Both the position numbers and the translations under genes were made by a program. Shown piece after piece: positions 18,081 through 25,652 of a DNA stretch of 25,652 nucleotides. How positions within the stretch are numbered: the stretch's first letter is position 1; every line of letters starts with the position of its first letter. Origin of the DNA: Candidatus Krumholzibacteriia bacterium (lineage in GTDB: Bacteria; Krumholzibacteriota; Krumholzibacteriia; WVZY01). Location: NCBI GenBank assembly GCA_036478295.1, contig JAZGDW010000210.1:1-25652 (forward strand), read 5' to 3'. The notes beneath the pieces are model-generated. The model ran no database searches. It was not told the origin of the DNA and saw only the letters and a list, made by a program, of their open reading frames with translations.

Positions 18081-20600
18081 CTAGTACTGGGCCCGGAGTC
18101 GCTTATCCAGTTTTCTGAGTTCGTCGATGCACTCTTCCCATCCCGGAAATTCGGACAAGTTCGCCAAACCTTCAGCCGCATTGGCTCCCTCGAAGATCCA
18201 CAATATATTTTGGCCACCTCGTCCGCATTGACGAAGCAGTTCACACCAACGATCTCGTTCACCGACAGCAAGGTAGCCCGATGCGATATAAGAAAAAGCG
18301 TAGCTTCTATGGCCTGCGGCAAAAAACGCTTGTGCGTGTTTCAAGAACAGTTCCTTATCTCCCAGGCCACCATAAAGGCCCGCGATTATATCGCGCACCC
18401 TGTGGTTATCGGGATAAGCGGCCAGCTTTTTTTTTGATATTTCCACACCGGCGGAAAAGATTTCTCTTGCCCTTTCCGGGTCGCCCATTTGCTTGTGGAG
18501 AATTCCGGCGTAGATGAAAACATACATGTTCGACTCGTCCCCAAAGAGTGCTATCGCTCGGTCATAATGAACCGCAGCCGCGTCCCATTCCCCAAGGTTG
18601 TGGTATGAAACGGCGATCCAGGTGTGCACTTCCGGATCCTCGCCGAATTTGCTAATAAAGGTTTGACCAGCTTCCAGAGCCTCGTCATTTTGTCCTGCCC
18701 ATACGTGGGTAAAGACCAGATACCAGTGGGCACCCTGGTTCTCGGGATCGAGTTCGATGATTCGCTGGAATAATGGCACCGCTTTGTCGGGCAGTCCGCC
18801 CAATACGTACGCCTCTCCGCGTACGGAGAGGGCGTCAATATCTTCACGGTCTGCCTGCAGCATCGCCTGCCCCTGTTTCAAGCACTCTTCGCTTTTCCCC
18901 CACTCCATGAAGACGCGCACGAGCCCTCTTCTGGCGGCGGCGGATTGCGGATCCCGCTCCAGCGCCTTCCGAAAATTGGTTTCGGCCACTTCCAGACTCT
19001 TTACCCCTCCCCCTCTGCCGTAGAAGAAACGGTTTTGGTACACGACACCGATTCCCACGTACGCTTCGGCCAGGTTGGGATCGATGTCGACTGCCTTCTC
19101 GAAGAACGCCAGCGCCCGGTTGTCTCCCTCTGTCGTATCCTCCTGCAGCCCCAGCCCCCCTCTTAGATAGTGCTCGTAGGCTTCGACACTTTGCGCGGCC
19201 GGCCTGGCGAGCTGCGTTTGTTCCTGTCCGGTTATCCGACCCTTCAAACTCGACGCCGCAGCGATGGCGATCTTTTTCTGCACTTGAAAGAGATCGGTGT
19301 AAGGCTCCTCGAATTCCTCTACCACGTGCTGCGCATCGCTCTTTACATCGACCAGCATCACGCGGCCCTGTATCCGATCGCCCAACCGTCTCAGGGTGCC
19401 GACAATAATCACGTCTACCCGCAAGGCCTTGGCGATATCCCGCAAATCCATCGACGCATCGGAAAAACGCCGGGAGGTCGACCACGGTGTGACGCGCAAG
19501 CCGGACAGCTCGCTCAGTCGCGCGGCGAGTGTTTCGCTTATTCCTTCTGCGAGATAGTTATTCTCGCTTGGAGAAACGTCGTAGTTAACCAGCGGAAGCA
19601 CGGCGACTTTTGTAAGTCGCTGCGCACCATCCAACCCTATCAGACCTGCTTTCCAGACGACCGCCCCTGCAACAACAATGATGAGCGCCATGATCGCCCA
19701 CGGCAGGGGACGCCGCAGCAGGCGTGACACACGTTCCACGACGCCGCTTCGCCTTATCGTCACGGGCGCGTCCGTGTCCACCCTGGGCGATTCCCCCCGG
19801 ATTGCCCGGAGGTCCGCTTCGAACTCCTGCGACGTCTGGTAGCGCTCCGCCGGGTCTTTTGCGAGCGCCTTGAGCACCATGCGGTCCAGCTCGGTGTCGA
19901 TCTCAACCCTGTGTTGACTGGGCGGCTTTGCATCTTCGTGAACCGCCATGTAAGAGACGGCCTCGTGACGCTCCGCTATAAAGGGCAGCTTCCCGGTCAG
20001 CATTTCATAGAGCACGACGCCCAGCCCGTAGATGTCCGAGCGCTGATCGGACTTCTCTCCTCTCAAGACTTCGGGCGCCAGGTAGGCTGTCGTCCCGATC
20101 GCCACACCGGACCTCGTCAGCCGCGACGCCCCTTCGGGCAGCGCCAGCCCAAAGTCCACGATCACGACGTGGCCGTCCTCGGCCGTCATGATATTGCGCG
20201 CCGTCACATCGCGGTGCAGAACTCCACCCGAGTGGGCGTGCCCGAGCGCCTCACAGGCCTCACGCGCGATGCGCGTGGCTTCGCTGATGGACACCGTTCC
20301 CTCGCCGATGCGCGCGGCCACCGTCTTGCCATCGATAAACTGCATCGCGATATAGACCCGGTCGTCCTCCTCGCCGGCGTCGTACACCGTCGCGATACCG
20401 GAGTGATGCAGATCCGAGGCCGAGCGGGCTTCACGGAGCAGGCGCTTGCGCGCGTCGGTGGAGGTGGAGAGAGATTCGGGGAGGAACTTGAGGGCGACCG
20501 ACCGATCGAGCAATGGGTCTTCGGCTTTCCACACCGTGCCCATGCCGCCTTCGCCGATCTTGGCGACGATCTTGTAACGACCAATGGTCCGACCGATCAC
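18081..20600 (-). CDS. Membrane Hanks-type protein kinase with TolB-like and TPR domains (K5, 839 aa, GTG start, first gene of the array)
   Basis: Same architecture. HRDVTARN, TM WAIMALIIVVAGAVVW. GGAG upstream of the GTG. Confidence 0.92.
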   Translation of the reverse strand: MIGRTIGRYKIVAKIGEGGMGTVWKAEDPLLDRSVALKFLPESLSTSTDARKRLLREARSASDLHHSGIATVYDAGEEDDRVYIAMQFIDGKTVAARIGEGTVSISEATRIAREACEALGHAHSGGVLHRDVTARNIMTAEDGHVVIVDFGLALPEGASRLTRSGVAIGTTAYLAPEVLRGEKSDQRSDIYGLGVVLYEMLTGKLPFIAERHEAVSYMAVHEDAKPPSQHRVEIDTELDRMVLKALAKDPAERYQTSQEFEADLRAIRGESPRVDTDAPVTIRRSGVVERVSRLLRRPLPWAIMALIIVVAGAVVWKAGLIGLDGAQRLTKVAVLPLVNYDVSPSENNYLAEGISETLAARLSELSGLRVTPWSTSRRFSDASMDLRDIAKALRVDVIIVGTLRRLGDRIQGRVMLVDVKSDAQHVVEEFEEPYTDLFQVQKKIAIAAASSLKGRITGQEQTQLARPAAQSVEAYEHYLRGGLGLQEDTTEGDNRALAFFEKAVDIDPNLAEAYVGIGVVYQNRFFYGRGGGVKSLEVAETNFRKALERDPQSAAARRGLVRVFMEWGKSEECLKQGQAMLQADREDIDALSVRGEAYVLGGLPDKAVPLFQRIIELDPENQGAHWYLVFTHVWAGQNDEALEAGQTFISKFGEDPEVHTWIAVSYHNLGEWDAAAVHYDRAIALFGDESNMYVFIYAGILHKQMGDPERAREIFSAGVEISKKKLAAYPDNHRVRDIIAGLYGGLGDKELFLKHAQAFFAAGHRSYAFSYIASGYLAVGERDRWCELLRQCGRGGQNILWIFEGANAAEGLANLSEFPGWEECIDELRKLDKRLRAQY

Positions 20601-20773
20601 CGGTGCACTCCGTTAGGGTTCAGAGAACAGTAGAGGGGCGAATACAAACAGGATAGACGAAACGGCATGCGTATTCCAAGCGCATTCTACCTGGCATAAC
20701 CTGCCGTCCCCCTTGGAGTGCTTCTTGCAACTAATTCCCATACGAAAGGCACAACTCGCCCGTCTGCGCAACC

Positions 20774-21781
20774 ATGAGGAAGGTGCTCGTGAATCGGTTT
20801 CAGCTTCTCATTGTCCTGACAGCCTCCATATTCCTTGTCTCCGGTTCAGCGCTCGGCGAACACGCTCCCCGCAACTGCGTCGCGTGTGGCGATCCGATTA
20901 CGGGCGCGAGTTACGAAACGGATGGCTCATTTTACCATCCCGAGCACTTCGCCTGTGCACATTGCGGCCTGCCGATCAAAGGCGCGTACACAGTCTACCG
21001 CGAGCGAAACTATCACGGTGACTGCTTTCAGACACACGTCGCCCTTCACTGCAGCGTCTGCGACCAAACCATCCAGGGCGAATACCTCATCGATTTCTGG
21101 GGCAATACCTCGCACCTGCGCCACCGCGGTGACGTGGTGCGCTGTGATTTCTGCAACCGCTTCATCGTCGGGCACCTGGGCGATAACATGATGCGCTTGC
21201 AAGACAAGCGCCACCTGTGCGGCATTTGCAGCCCAACGTCGATCACGAACCTGGTCGAAGCCCGGTCCCTCATGAGCGAGGTCGCCCAGCACATGCAGCG
21301 TTTCGGTCTCGGCGTCGACCCCAATCAGATCGAGTTTCATCTGGTCGGCGTGAAGAAACTCCAAAAGCTCGCGCGCAAACGTTCCGACAGTGTAACGGGC
21401 TTTACCGACTGCGAAGCGCGCAAGAGCCTTTTCGGACGGACCGAGCACCAGTCGATCAAGGTCTACCTGCTAAACGGCATGCCCCGCACGCAGATGGTCA
21501 GCACCCTCGCACACGAGCTCACGCACGTGTGGCTGTTCGTGCAAGGCCGCCTGCGTCACGACAAAGCGCTCGCCGAGGGCAGCTGCAACTACGCCTCGTA
21601 CCTCGTGCTGCAAAACATGGGTGGCGATGAGGCCGCCTACATCATCCATAATATGGAACGCGACAAGGACCGCATCTACGGCGGTGGTTATCGCCGCGTC
21701 AAACGCTATGTCGAAAAACACGGCATGGCCGAATGGATCGCGCTGCTCAAGAAGCGCGACACCATGGTATCCAGCTTCTAG
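20774..21781 (+). CDS. DA1-like protein: signal peptide, LIM and LIM-like zinc fingers, HExxH metallopeptidase
   Basis: CxxC-x16-HxxHxxCxxC-x16-HxxC LIM pattern, then further CxxC..HxxH..CxxC..CxxC. Peptidase motifs LAHELTHVW (HELTH at 21512-21526), AEGSC and IYGGGYR parallel plant DA1 (LAHEMMHAW, EEGIC, YGDGFR). Confidence 0.85.
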   Translation: MRKVLVNRFQLLIVLTASIFLVSGSALGEHAPRNCVACGDPITGASYETDGSFYHPEHFACAHCGLPIKGAYTVYRERNYHGDCFQTHVALHCSVCDQTIQGEYLIDFWGNTSHLRHRGDVVRCDFCNRFIVGHLGDNMMRLQDKRHLCGICSPTSITNLVEARSLMSEVAQHMQRFGLGVDPNQIEFHLVGVKKLQKLARKRSDSVTGFTDCEARKSLFGRTEHQSIKVYLLNGMPRTQMVSTLAHELTHVWLFVQGRLRHDKALAEGSCNYASYLVLQNMGGDEAAYIIHNMERDKDRIYGGGYRRVKRYVEKHGMAEWIALLKKRDTMVSSF

Positions 21782-21978
21782 CCCCTTAAAAAACCGCTCT
21801 GTACTGAGAAGCCGCGCACCCAACGGGGGGCGCTCCGGCTCAAAAGATCATCACGTGCAGGCGCCGGGCTCGCGCGCCCGCAGCTCTTGTGTACACTCCC
21901 GCCCGTCGTACCGCAGTGCACAGCGCTCCCGCAGACCGTTCTGCAGCACCCACTCTCCTTGAGTTTCCACGTGACTTG

Positions 21979-21992
21979 TTGACAAAAATCAA
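21979..21992 (+). promoter_or_regulatory. FNR/Crp-family box-like site upstream of the cytochrome gene
   Basis: TTGAC-AAAA-ATCAA versus consensus TTGAT-N4-ATCAA. AT-rich -10-like TATATT/TATTAT at 22017-22024 gives class II (about -41.5) geometry. SD AAGGAGG before ATG 22052. Confidence 0.6.
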
Positions 21993-22051
21993 GTAACAAT
22001 AGCGATAACAGGGGTTTATATTATTATCACAACCGCAAGGAGGACGTCGCC

Positions 22052-23215
22052 ATGAAGACGTCAGCAAAGAATATTCTGACCGTGACGACACTCGGGGTGA
22101 TGTTCGCGAGCGTGCTGTACAGTGCGCCACCGGCATCCGCGCAAGAATCGCAGCGAAGCACGACCCAGGCGAGCATGCGGGGTATCTTTCAATCACTGAC
22201 CGCCGCGTATAACTATAGCCTCGACCCGCCCGCGTTCGAAGATCCGGCGAACCATGAAAGCGTCCTCACCGCACTCCGCGCGCTCGCGGCGGACGCCGCC
22301 GCGCTGGAGGAACACGGCGGTGGGCTCGACCCGAGCTTCGATTACCTGCGCCGCTCGCTGACCAAGGACGCCCAGGATGCGCTCCAGCGTTTCAAGGACG
22401 GCCACTACATGGGCGCGCGGTTCATGCTAACCAAGCTTACCGAGAACTGCGTGACCTGCCACTCGAGGATTCCACGCAAGGAAGCCTTCGACGTGGGAGG
22501 TCACTTTCTTAAAAAGGCCAAGATCAAGAACCTGCCGCCGGTCGAACGCGTGAACATCGAGATCGCGACGCGCCAGTTCGACACCGCGCTCGATACGTAC
22601 GAGGAAATGTTCCGTGCCGCCGACATGACACCGGAACGGCTCACGCTGGTCGGCGCGTTCGAGGGGTACCTGAAAGTCTGCGTGGGAGTGCTGAACGACA
22701 CCGGCCGTCCCGTCGCTACCTTCAAGAAATTCAACAAACGGGTGGACATGCCGTCTAATCTGAAGGAACTCGTAGCCGGCTGGTCCGATTCGCTGAAGAA
22801 ACTGAAGCTCGAAGAGGCAAAGGGCAAGGAGCTCGTGGTGGCGAGAACTCTGATCGGGGATGCGAAGATCCAGCGGCGGTTCCCAACGGATCGCCGCGGA
22901 CTGGTTGATTTCATCGCGGCCACGGCGCTCCTTCACCGCTACCTGAGGTCGTCGCCGTCCAACAAGGCCGATATATCCGAAACGTATTACCTGCTCGCGG
23001 TGGCCGAGTCGATTATCACGCGCTCGTTCTGGATCTCGGAAACGGATTTTCTGCTGGAACGTGCCATCCGCGAGGCACCCAAGTCACCTTTTGCAAGCAA
23101 GGCGTATGATTTTCTGGAGGAATACACGCTCGCCGGGCACATGGGACGATCGCGGCAGGTACCGGCGGACGTGCGCGCGAACCTCGCCAAGCTCCGCGAA
23201 ATGATCGAGAATTGA
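22052..23215 (+). CDS. Exported monoheme c-type cytochrome with helical/TPR-like C-terminal region
   Basis: Signal peptide ending ASA|QE. Single CVTCH (22448-22462) at the end of a helical ~100-aa region, as in class II/cyt c'-like bundles. TPR-like ETYYLLAVAE...LERAIREAPKSP. Confidence 0.75.
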   Translation: MKTSAKNILTVTTLGVMFASVLYSAPPASAQESQRSTTQASMRGIFQSLTAAYNYSLDPPAFEDPANHESVLTALRALAADAAALEEHGGGLDPSFDYLRRSLTKDAQDALQRFKDGHYMGARFMLTKLTENCVTCHSRIPRKEAFDVGGHFLKKAKIKNLPPVERVNIEIATRQFDTALDTYEEMFRAADMTPERLTLVGAFEGYLKVCVGVLNDTGRPVATFKKFNKRVDMPSNLKELVAGWSDSLKKLKLEEAKGKELVVARTLIGDAKIQRRFPTDRRGLVDFIAATALLHRYLRSSPSNKADISETYYLLAVAESIITRSFWISETDFLLERAIREAPKSPFASKAYDFLEEYTLAGHMGRSRQVPADVRANLAKLREMIEN

Positions 23216-23220
23216 GCGAC

Positions 23221-23369
23221 GCGTGTCGCAAGGTGTTACACCCTTCGGCTCATGTCCTCGCGCGCGTCTAAAGGTCAGAGCGCGCTGCGCACTGCCGCAG
23301 CATTTCGCGCATTGTAAGAAGTGGCGGAGCTCAAGAAATCGCCTCACGGCGCAACACCTTGCGACACGC
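23221..23369. repeat. 149-bp element with 17-bp perfect terminal inverted repeats (MITE/REP-like)
   Basis: GCGTGTCGCAAGGTGTT (23221-23237) / AACACCTTGCGACACGC (23353-23369). Confidence 0.65.
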
Positions 23370-23481
23370 TGTCTGACTGTAAAAGGGGGCGGGGCGTTGG
23401 ATTGTTGACAGAGCCTTCGCGGGAACAAGTCAGGGGGGCGCCTGTTCCCGCAGCGCGTTCTCTCGTCACTAACATGAGCGA

Positions 23482-23601
23482 AGGCGTGTCGAGATGGGGG
23501 TTCTCAGGCGAGTTCCGCAGGCGCGCTACCAAGTGTCTATGAGCATGAGACTCGCGCGCCGAGGACTGTCTGAGCATGAGAACCCCCATCTCGACACGCC
23601 T
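23482..23601. repeat. 120-bp element with 25-bp perfect terminal inverted repeats (MITE/REP-like)
   Basis: AGGCGTGTCGAGATGGGGGTTCTCA (23482-23506) / TGAGAACCCCCATCTCGACACGCCT (23577-23601). Internal stem GGCGCGC/GCGCGCC. The right end overlaps the aminotransferase TAG. Confidence 0.75.
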
Positions 23602-24772
23602 ACCGCGGAAAGATCTCGTTCAGCCGACGAACGGCGAGCTCGAGCCGGTCGGGCGCTTCGCCGGTGAAGCAGATGCGGATGTAGTCGCCGAAGTCCTTTC
23701 CAAAGTCCTCCCCGGGCGCGACCGAGACACCGTTGCCCAGGCAGGCGTCGATGACCTCCCAGTAATCCCTCCCGTCCAGATAATCCTTTATGGGAAAAAA
23801 CAGGAAGTACGTGCCCTCAGGGACCTGCGGCGAGATCTCGAGACCCTGGATGAACATGTCGCGGAGTTCGCGGCTGTGGTCGACGAACGCCGCACTCCAC
23901 TGCGACCGCGTCTCAACCGCACTCACCATCATCTGCTGCGATAGTGTGGACGGGCCGTAGAGCTGGTGAACCATGATTTTGTTCAGGTTGCGCAGCACCG
24001 TCTCGGGCGCCACCACGTAACCCAGGCGAAGACCCGAGAACATGTACACCTTGGAGAAGGTAAATATCGACAGCGTGCGCTCGAACATTCCCGGCAGGGC
24101 GCCGATGGAGAAATGTTCGTGCTCGTCGTAGACCATCCCGTCGTACGCCTCATCGGACACGAGCCACAGGTCGTGCTCGCGCACAAAATCGGCCACTTGT
24201 TGCAGCTGACGCTTGCTTAGCACCTTGCCACTGGGATTGTTCGGCGTGTTGAGATACAGCGCGACCGTGCGCGGGGTAAGATGCGGTTCGAGGTGCGCCT
24301 TTATATGGAGACCCGGATCGTCGTATAGCGGTGTATAAAACGGGATTTCGACCGCCGTTCCACCCACCACCCGGACCATGCCGCGAAAGAACGGCCAGTA
24401 GGGGCTGAGCACCAGCACCTCATCACCCGGGTTCAGCAATGCCTGCATGCTGACCGAGAGCGCGTTGCAGGCGCCGGCTGTCATCATGATCCGGCTGGGT
24501 GTCGCGTCCAGGGCGTTGTCGGTCTTCACCTTTTCGGCGAGTACCTCACGCAGCGGGGCGATGCCGAAGGTGTCGCAGTAACGATTGAACCCGGGATGCT
24601 CCTTCAAGAAACCCGCATCGACGGGCATCTCGTACGGCGGCGGTATGTACGAGTCGCCGATGTGCAGTCTGACGAGATTCTCGCCTTGCTCTTGCATCTT
24701 CGCCCGGAACTTTTCGAAAACAGAACCGGTAATGAGTTGGGTTCGCTCTGCGAATTCGGGAAATCTCGGCAT
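23600..24772 (-). CDS. PLP-dependent aminotransferase class I/II (aspartate aminotransferase-like)
   Basis: LNPGDEVL..SPYW, YLNTPNNPSG, SDEAY, PLP-lysine motif TFSKVYMFSGLRLGY, GTYFLF and YIRICF. Confidence 0.93.
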   Translation of the reverse strand: MPRFPEFAERTQLITGSVFEKFRAKMQEQGENLVRLHIGDSYIPPPYEMPVDAGFLKEHPGFNRYCDTFGIAPLREVLAEKVKTDNALDATPSRIMMTAGACNALSVSMQALLNPGDEVLVLSPYWPFFRGMVRVVGGTAVEIPFYTPLYDDPGLHIKAHLEPHLTPRTVALYLNTPNNPSGKVLSKRQLQQVADFVREHDLWLVSDEAYDGMVYDEHEHFSIGALPGMFERTLSIFTFSKVYMFSGLRLGYVVAPETVLRNLNKIMVHQLYGPSTLSQQMMVSAVETRSQWSAAFVDHSRELRDMFIQGLEISPQVPEGTYFLFFPIKDYLDGRDYWEVIDACLGNGVSVAPGEDFGKDFGDYIRICFTGEAPDRLELAVRRLNEIFPR

Positions 24773-24894
24773 TCGTGCTCACTCGTTTTCAACTGGGAAG
24801 CGGGGGACAGGTCTGTCGTTGGCGGAACTCTACCAGATACAACGAAGAATTAAAAGCATTTGGGAAGTGCTCAGAACACGCGGCTGGATTCCAT

Positions 24895-25263
24895 CTATGT
24901 CCGGAATCGCCCGCTCATGCGCTTGACCCATCGCTCGTGGTCACGATGGCGGCGAACGCCGTGCGAATACTCATAATAATCCGGCGGTACGACCGCGCCG
25001 GTTCTGTAACGTCCTTCAGAGTGAACGCGGTAATGGCAGTGATCGCGATTTGTCCCTTTTGTTCCCGTGCACAGAACGACACAATTATCCGGCCGTGCAT
25101 CGCCACCCGCGCTGCGAGGGATAACGTGGTGAAAGTTCATGGCGTCCATCGCCGTCTCTTCGAGAAGCTGATTGAGATCGTAGCCGCAAACCGCACACTT
25201 ACCTTGCTGACGAACAAAAACCTCTCGCATGGTTTCTTGTGAGAACCGTGAGCTATCAGACAT
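24895..25263 (-). CDS. Small HNH endonuclease-family protein
   Basis: VFVRQQGKCAVC ... FHHVIPRSAGG ... DNCVVLC ... CHYRVH is the zinc-binding HNH pattern. Confidence 0.8.
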   Translation of the reverse strand: MSDSSRFSQETMREVFVRQQGKCAVCGYDLNQLLEETAMDAMNFHHVIPRSAGGDARPDNCVVLCTGTKGTNRDHCHYRVHSEGRYRTGAVVPPDYYEYSHGVRRHRDHERWVKRMSGRFRT

Positions 25264-25374
25264 TACAAACCTCTCCGTTCAAATACGATCGCCTTTCGCG
25301 GGCGCCCTCGACGGGTGCGGCTCTCGTCACCCCCCGAATGACTGCATCGTTTTCTCTGATGCGAGCGCTTGCCG

Positions 25375-25650
25375 CTACAGCTTCAGGTAATCCGCTTGGG
25401 TGCCAGTTTCACCGGGATTGCCCAAACCAGAGCCTCCGATGCCTGGGGTACCAGGCGTAAATGTATTGCCAGATCTTGTGGCACTGCTCGCCGGGCTTTC
25501 GACGATACCGATAGCTGGCCCTCCTCCACCACCGCCGCCGTTCCCACCCCTGCCTGCGCTACCGCCCGCCCCTCCTCCACCACCTGCCGAGGTTACGCCC
25601 CCGCCGGTCCTACCGGCCCCACCCGCTCCCCCATTTCCGCCAGGACCGCC
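25375..25650 (-). CDS. Partial CDS (C-terminal 91 aa) of a glycine-rich PGRS-like protein; start lies beyond the window
   Basis: Not in the ORF track. The minus frame reads GGPGGNGGAGGAGRTGGGVTSAGGGGGAGGSAGRGGNGGGGGGGPAIGIVESPASSATRSGNTFTPGTPGIGGSGLGNPGETGTQADYLKL*, TAG at 25377-25375. GGxGGx periodicity explains the C-rich low complexity. Confidence 0.8.
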   Translation of the reverse strand, partial: GGPGGNGGAGGAGRTGGGVTSAGGGGGAGGSAGRGGNGGGGGGGPAIGIVESPASSATRSGNTFTPGTPGIGGSGLGNPGETGTQADYLKL

Positions 25651-25652
25651 CA

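Noticed and set aside
7664..20600. Diversity-generating retroelement acting on the TPR tails
   Set aside because: No reverse transcriptase or template repeat in the window. Paralog differences include indels and are not obviously adenine-restricted.
7664..20600. Pseudokinase interpretation due to the missing catalytic-loop Lys
   Set aside because: The beta3 Lys, alphaC Glu, HRD Asp, Asn and DFG are intact in all five, and there are no frameshifts.
20774..21240. Multiheme cytochrome because of many CxxC motifs
   Set aside because: None is followed by His (CxxCH), and the spacing fits LIM zinc fingers.
21782..21960. Weak stems (TGTGTACACT/AGTGCACA) after the DA1-like gene as ncRNA or REP
   Set aside because: Pairing is short and imperfect, with no recognisable family.
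25383..25583. 66-aa ORF, and the C-rich tract as a DNA repeat or G4 element
   Set aside because: Better explained by the overlapping Gly-rich reading frame 25375-25650.

Overview
GC-rich bacterial chromosomal window, probably from a diderm (it carries putative outer-membrane barrels). No rRNA, tRNA, CRISPR array or transposase was seen. In order along the window: the 3' end of a probable MerR-type regulator and an ARPP-1/DUF6569-like gene; a GT4 glycosyltransferase convergent with a class I SAM methyltransferase; an iron-uptake operon (cupredoxin plus an FTR1 permease fused via an internal signal peptide to a beta-barrel-like domain) under a sigma70 promoter with four TTAGG-N4-CCTAA DtxR-type boxes; an exported receiver-fold-like protein with a beta-barrel gene; a 13-kb tandem array of five membrane Hanks-type kinase/TolB-like/TPR receptors, all with a tyrosine-kinase-like catalytic loop HRD[VI]T[AS]RN; a divergent secreted LIM-domain DA1-like metallopeptidase; a monoheme c-type protein behind an FNR-type box; two related inverted-repeat elements; a PLP aminotransferase; an HNH protein; and the C-terminus of a Gly-rich PGRS-like protein. 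The best candidates for new biology are the kinase array with its neighbouring DA1-like protease, and the FTR1-barrel fusion. All family calls come from motif recognition by eye; no database search was run.
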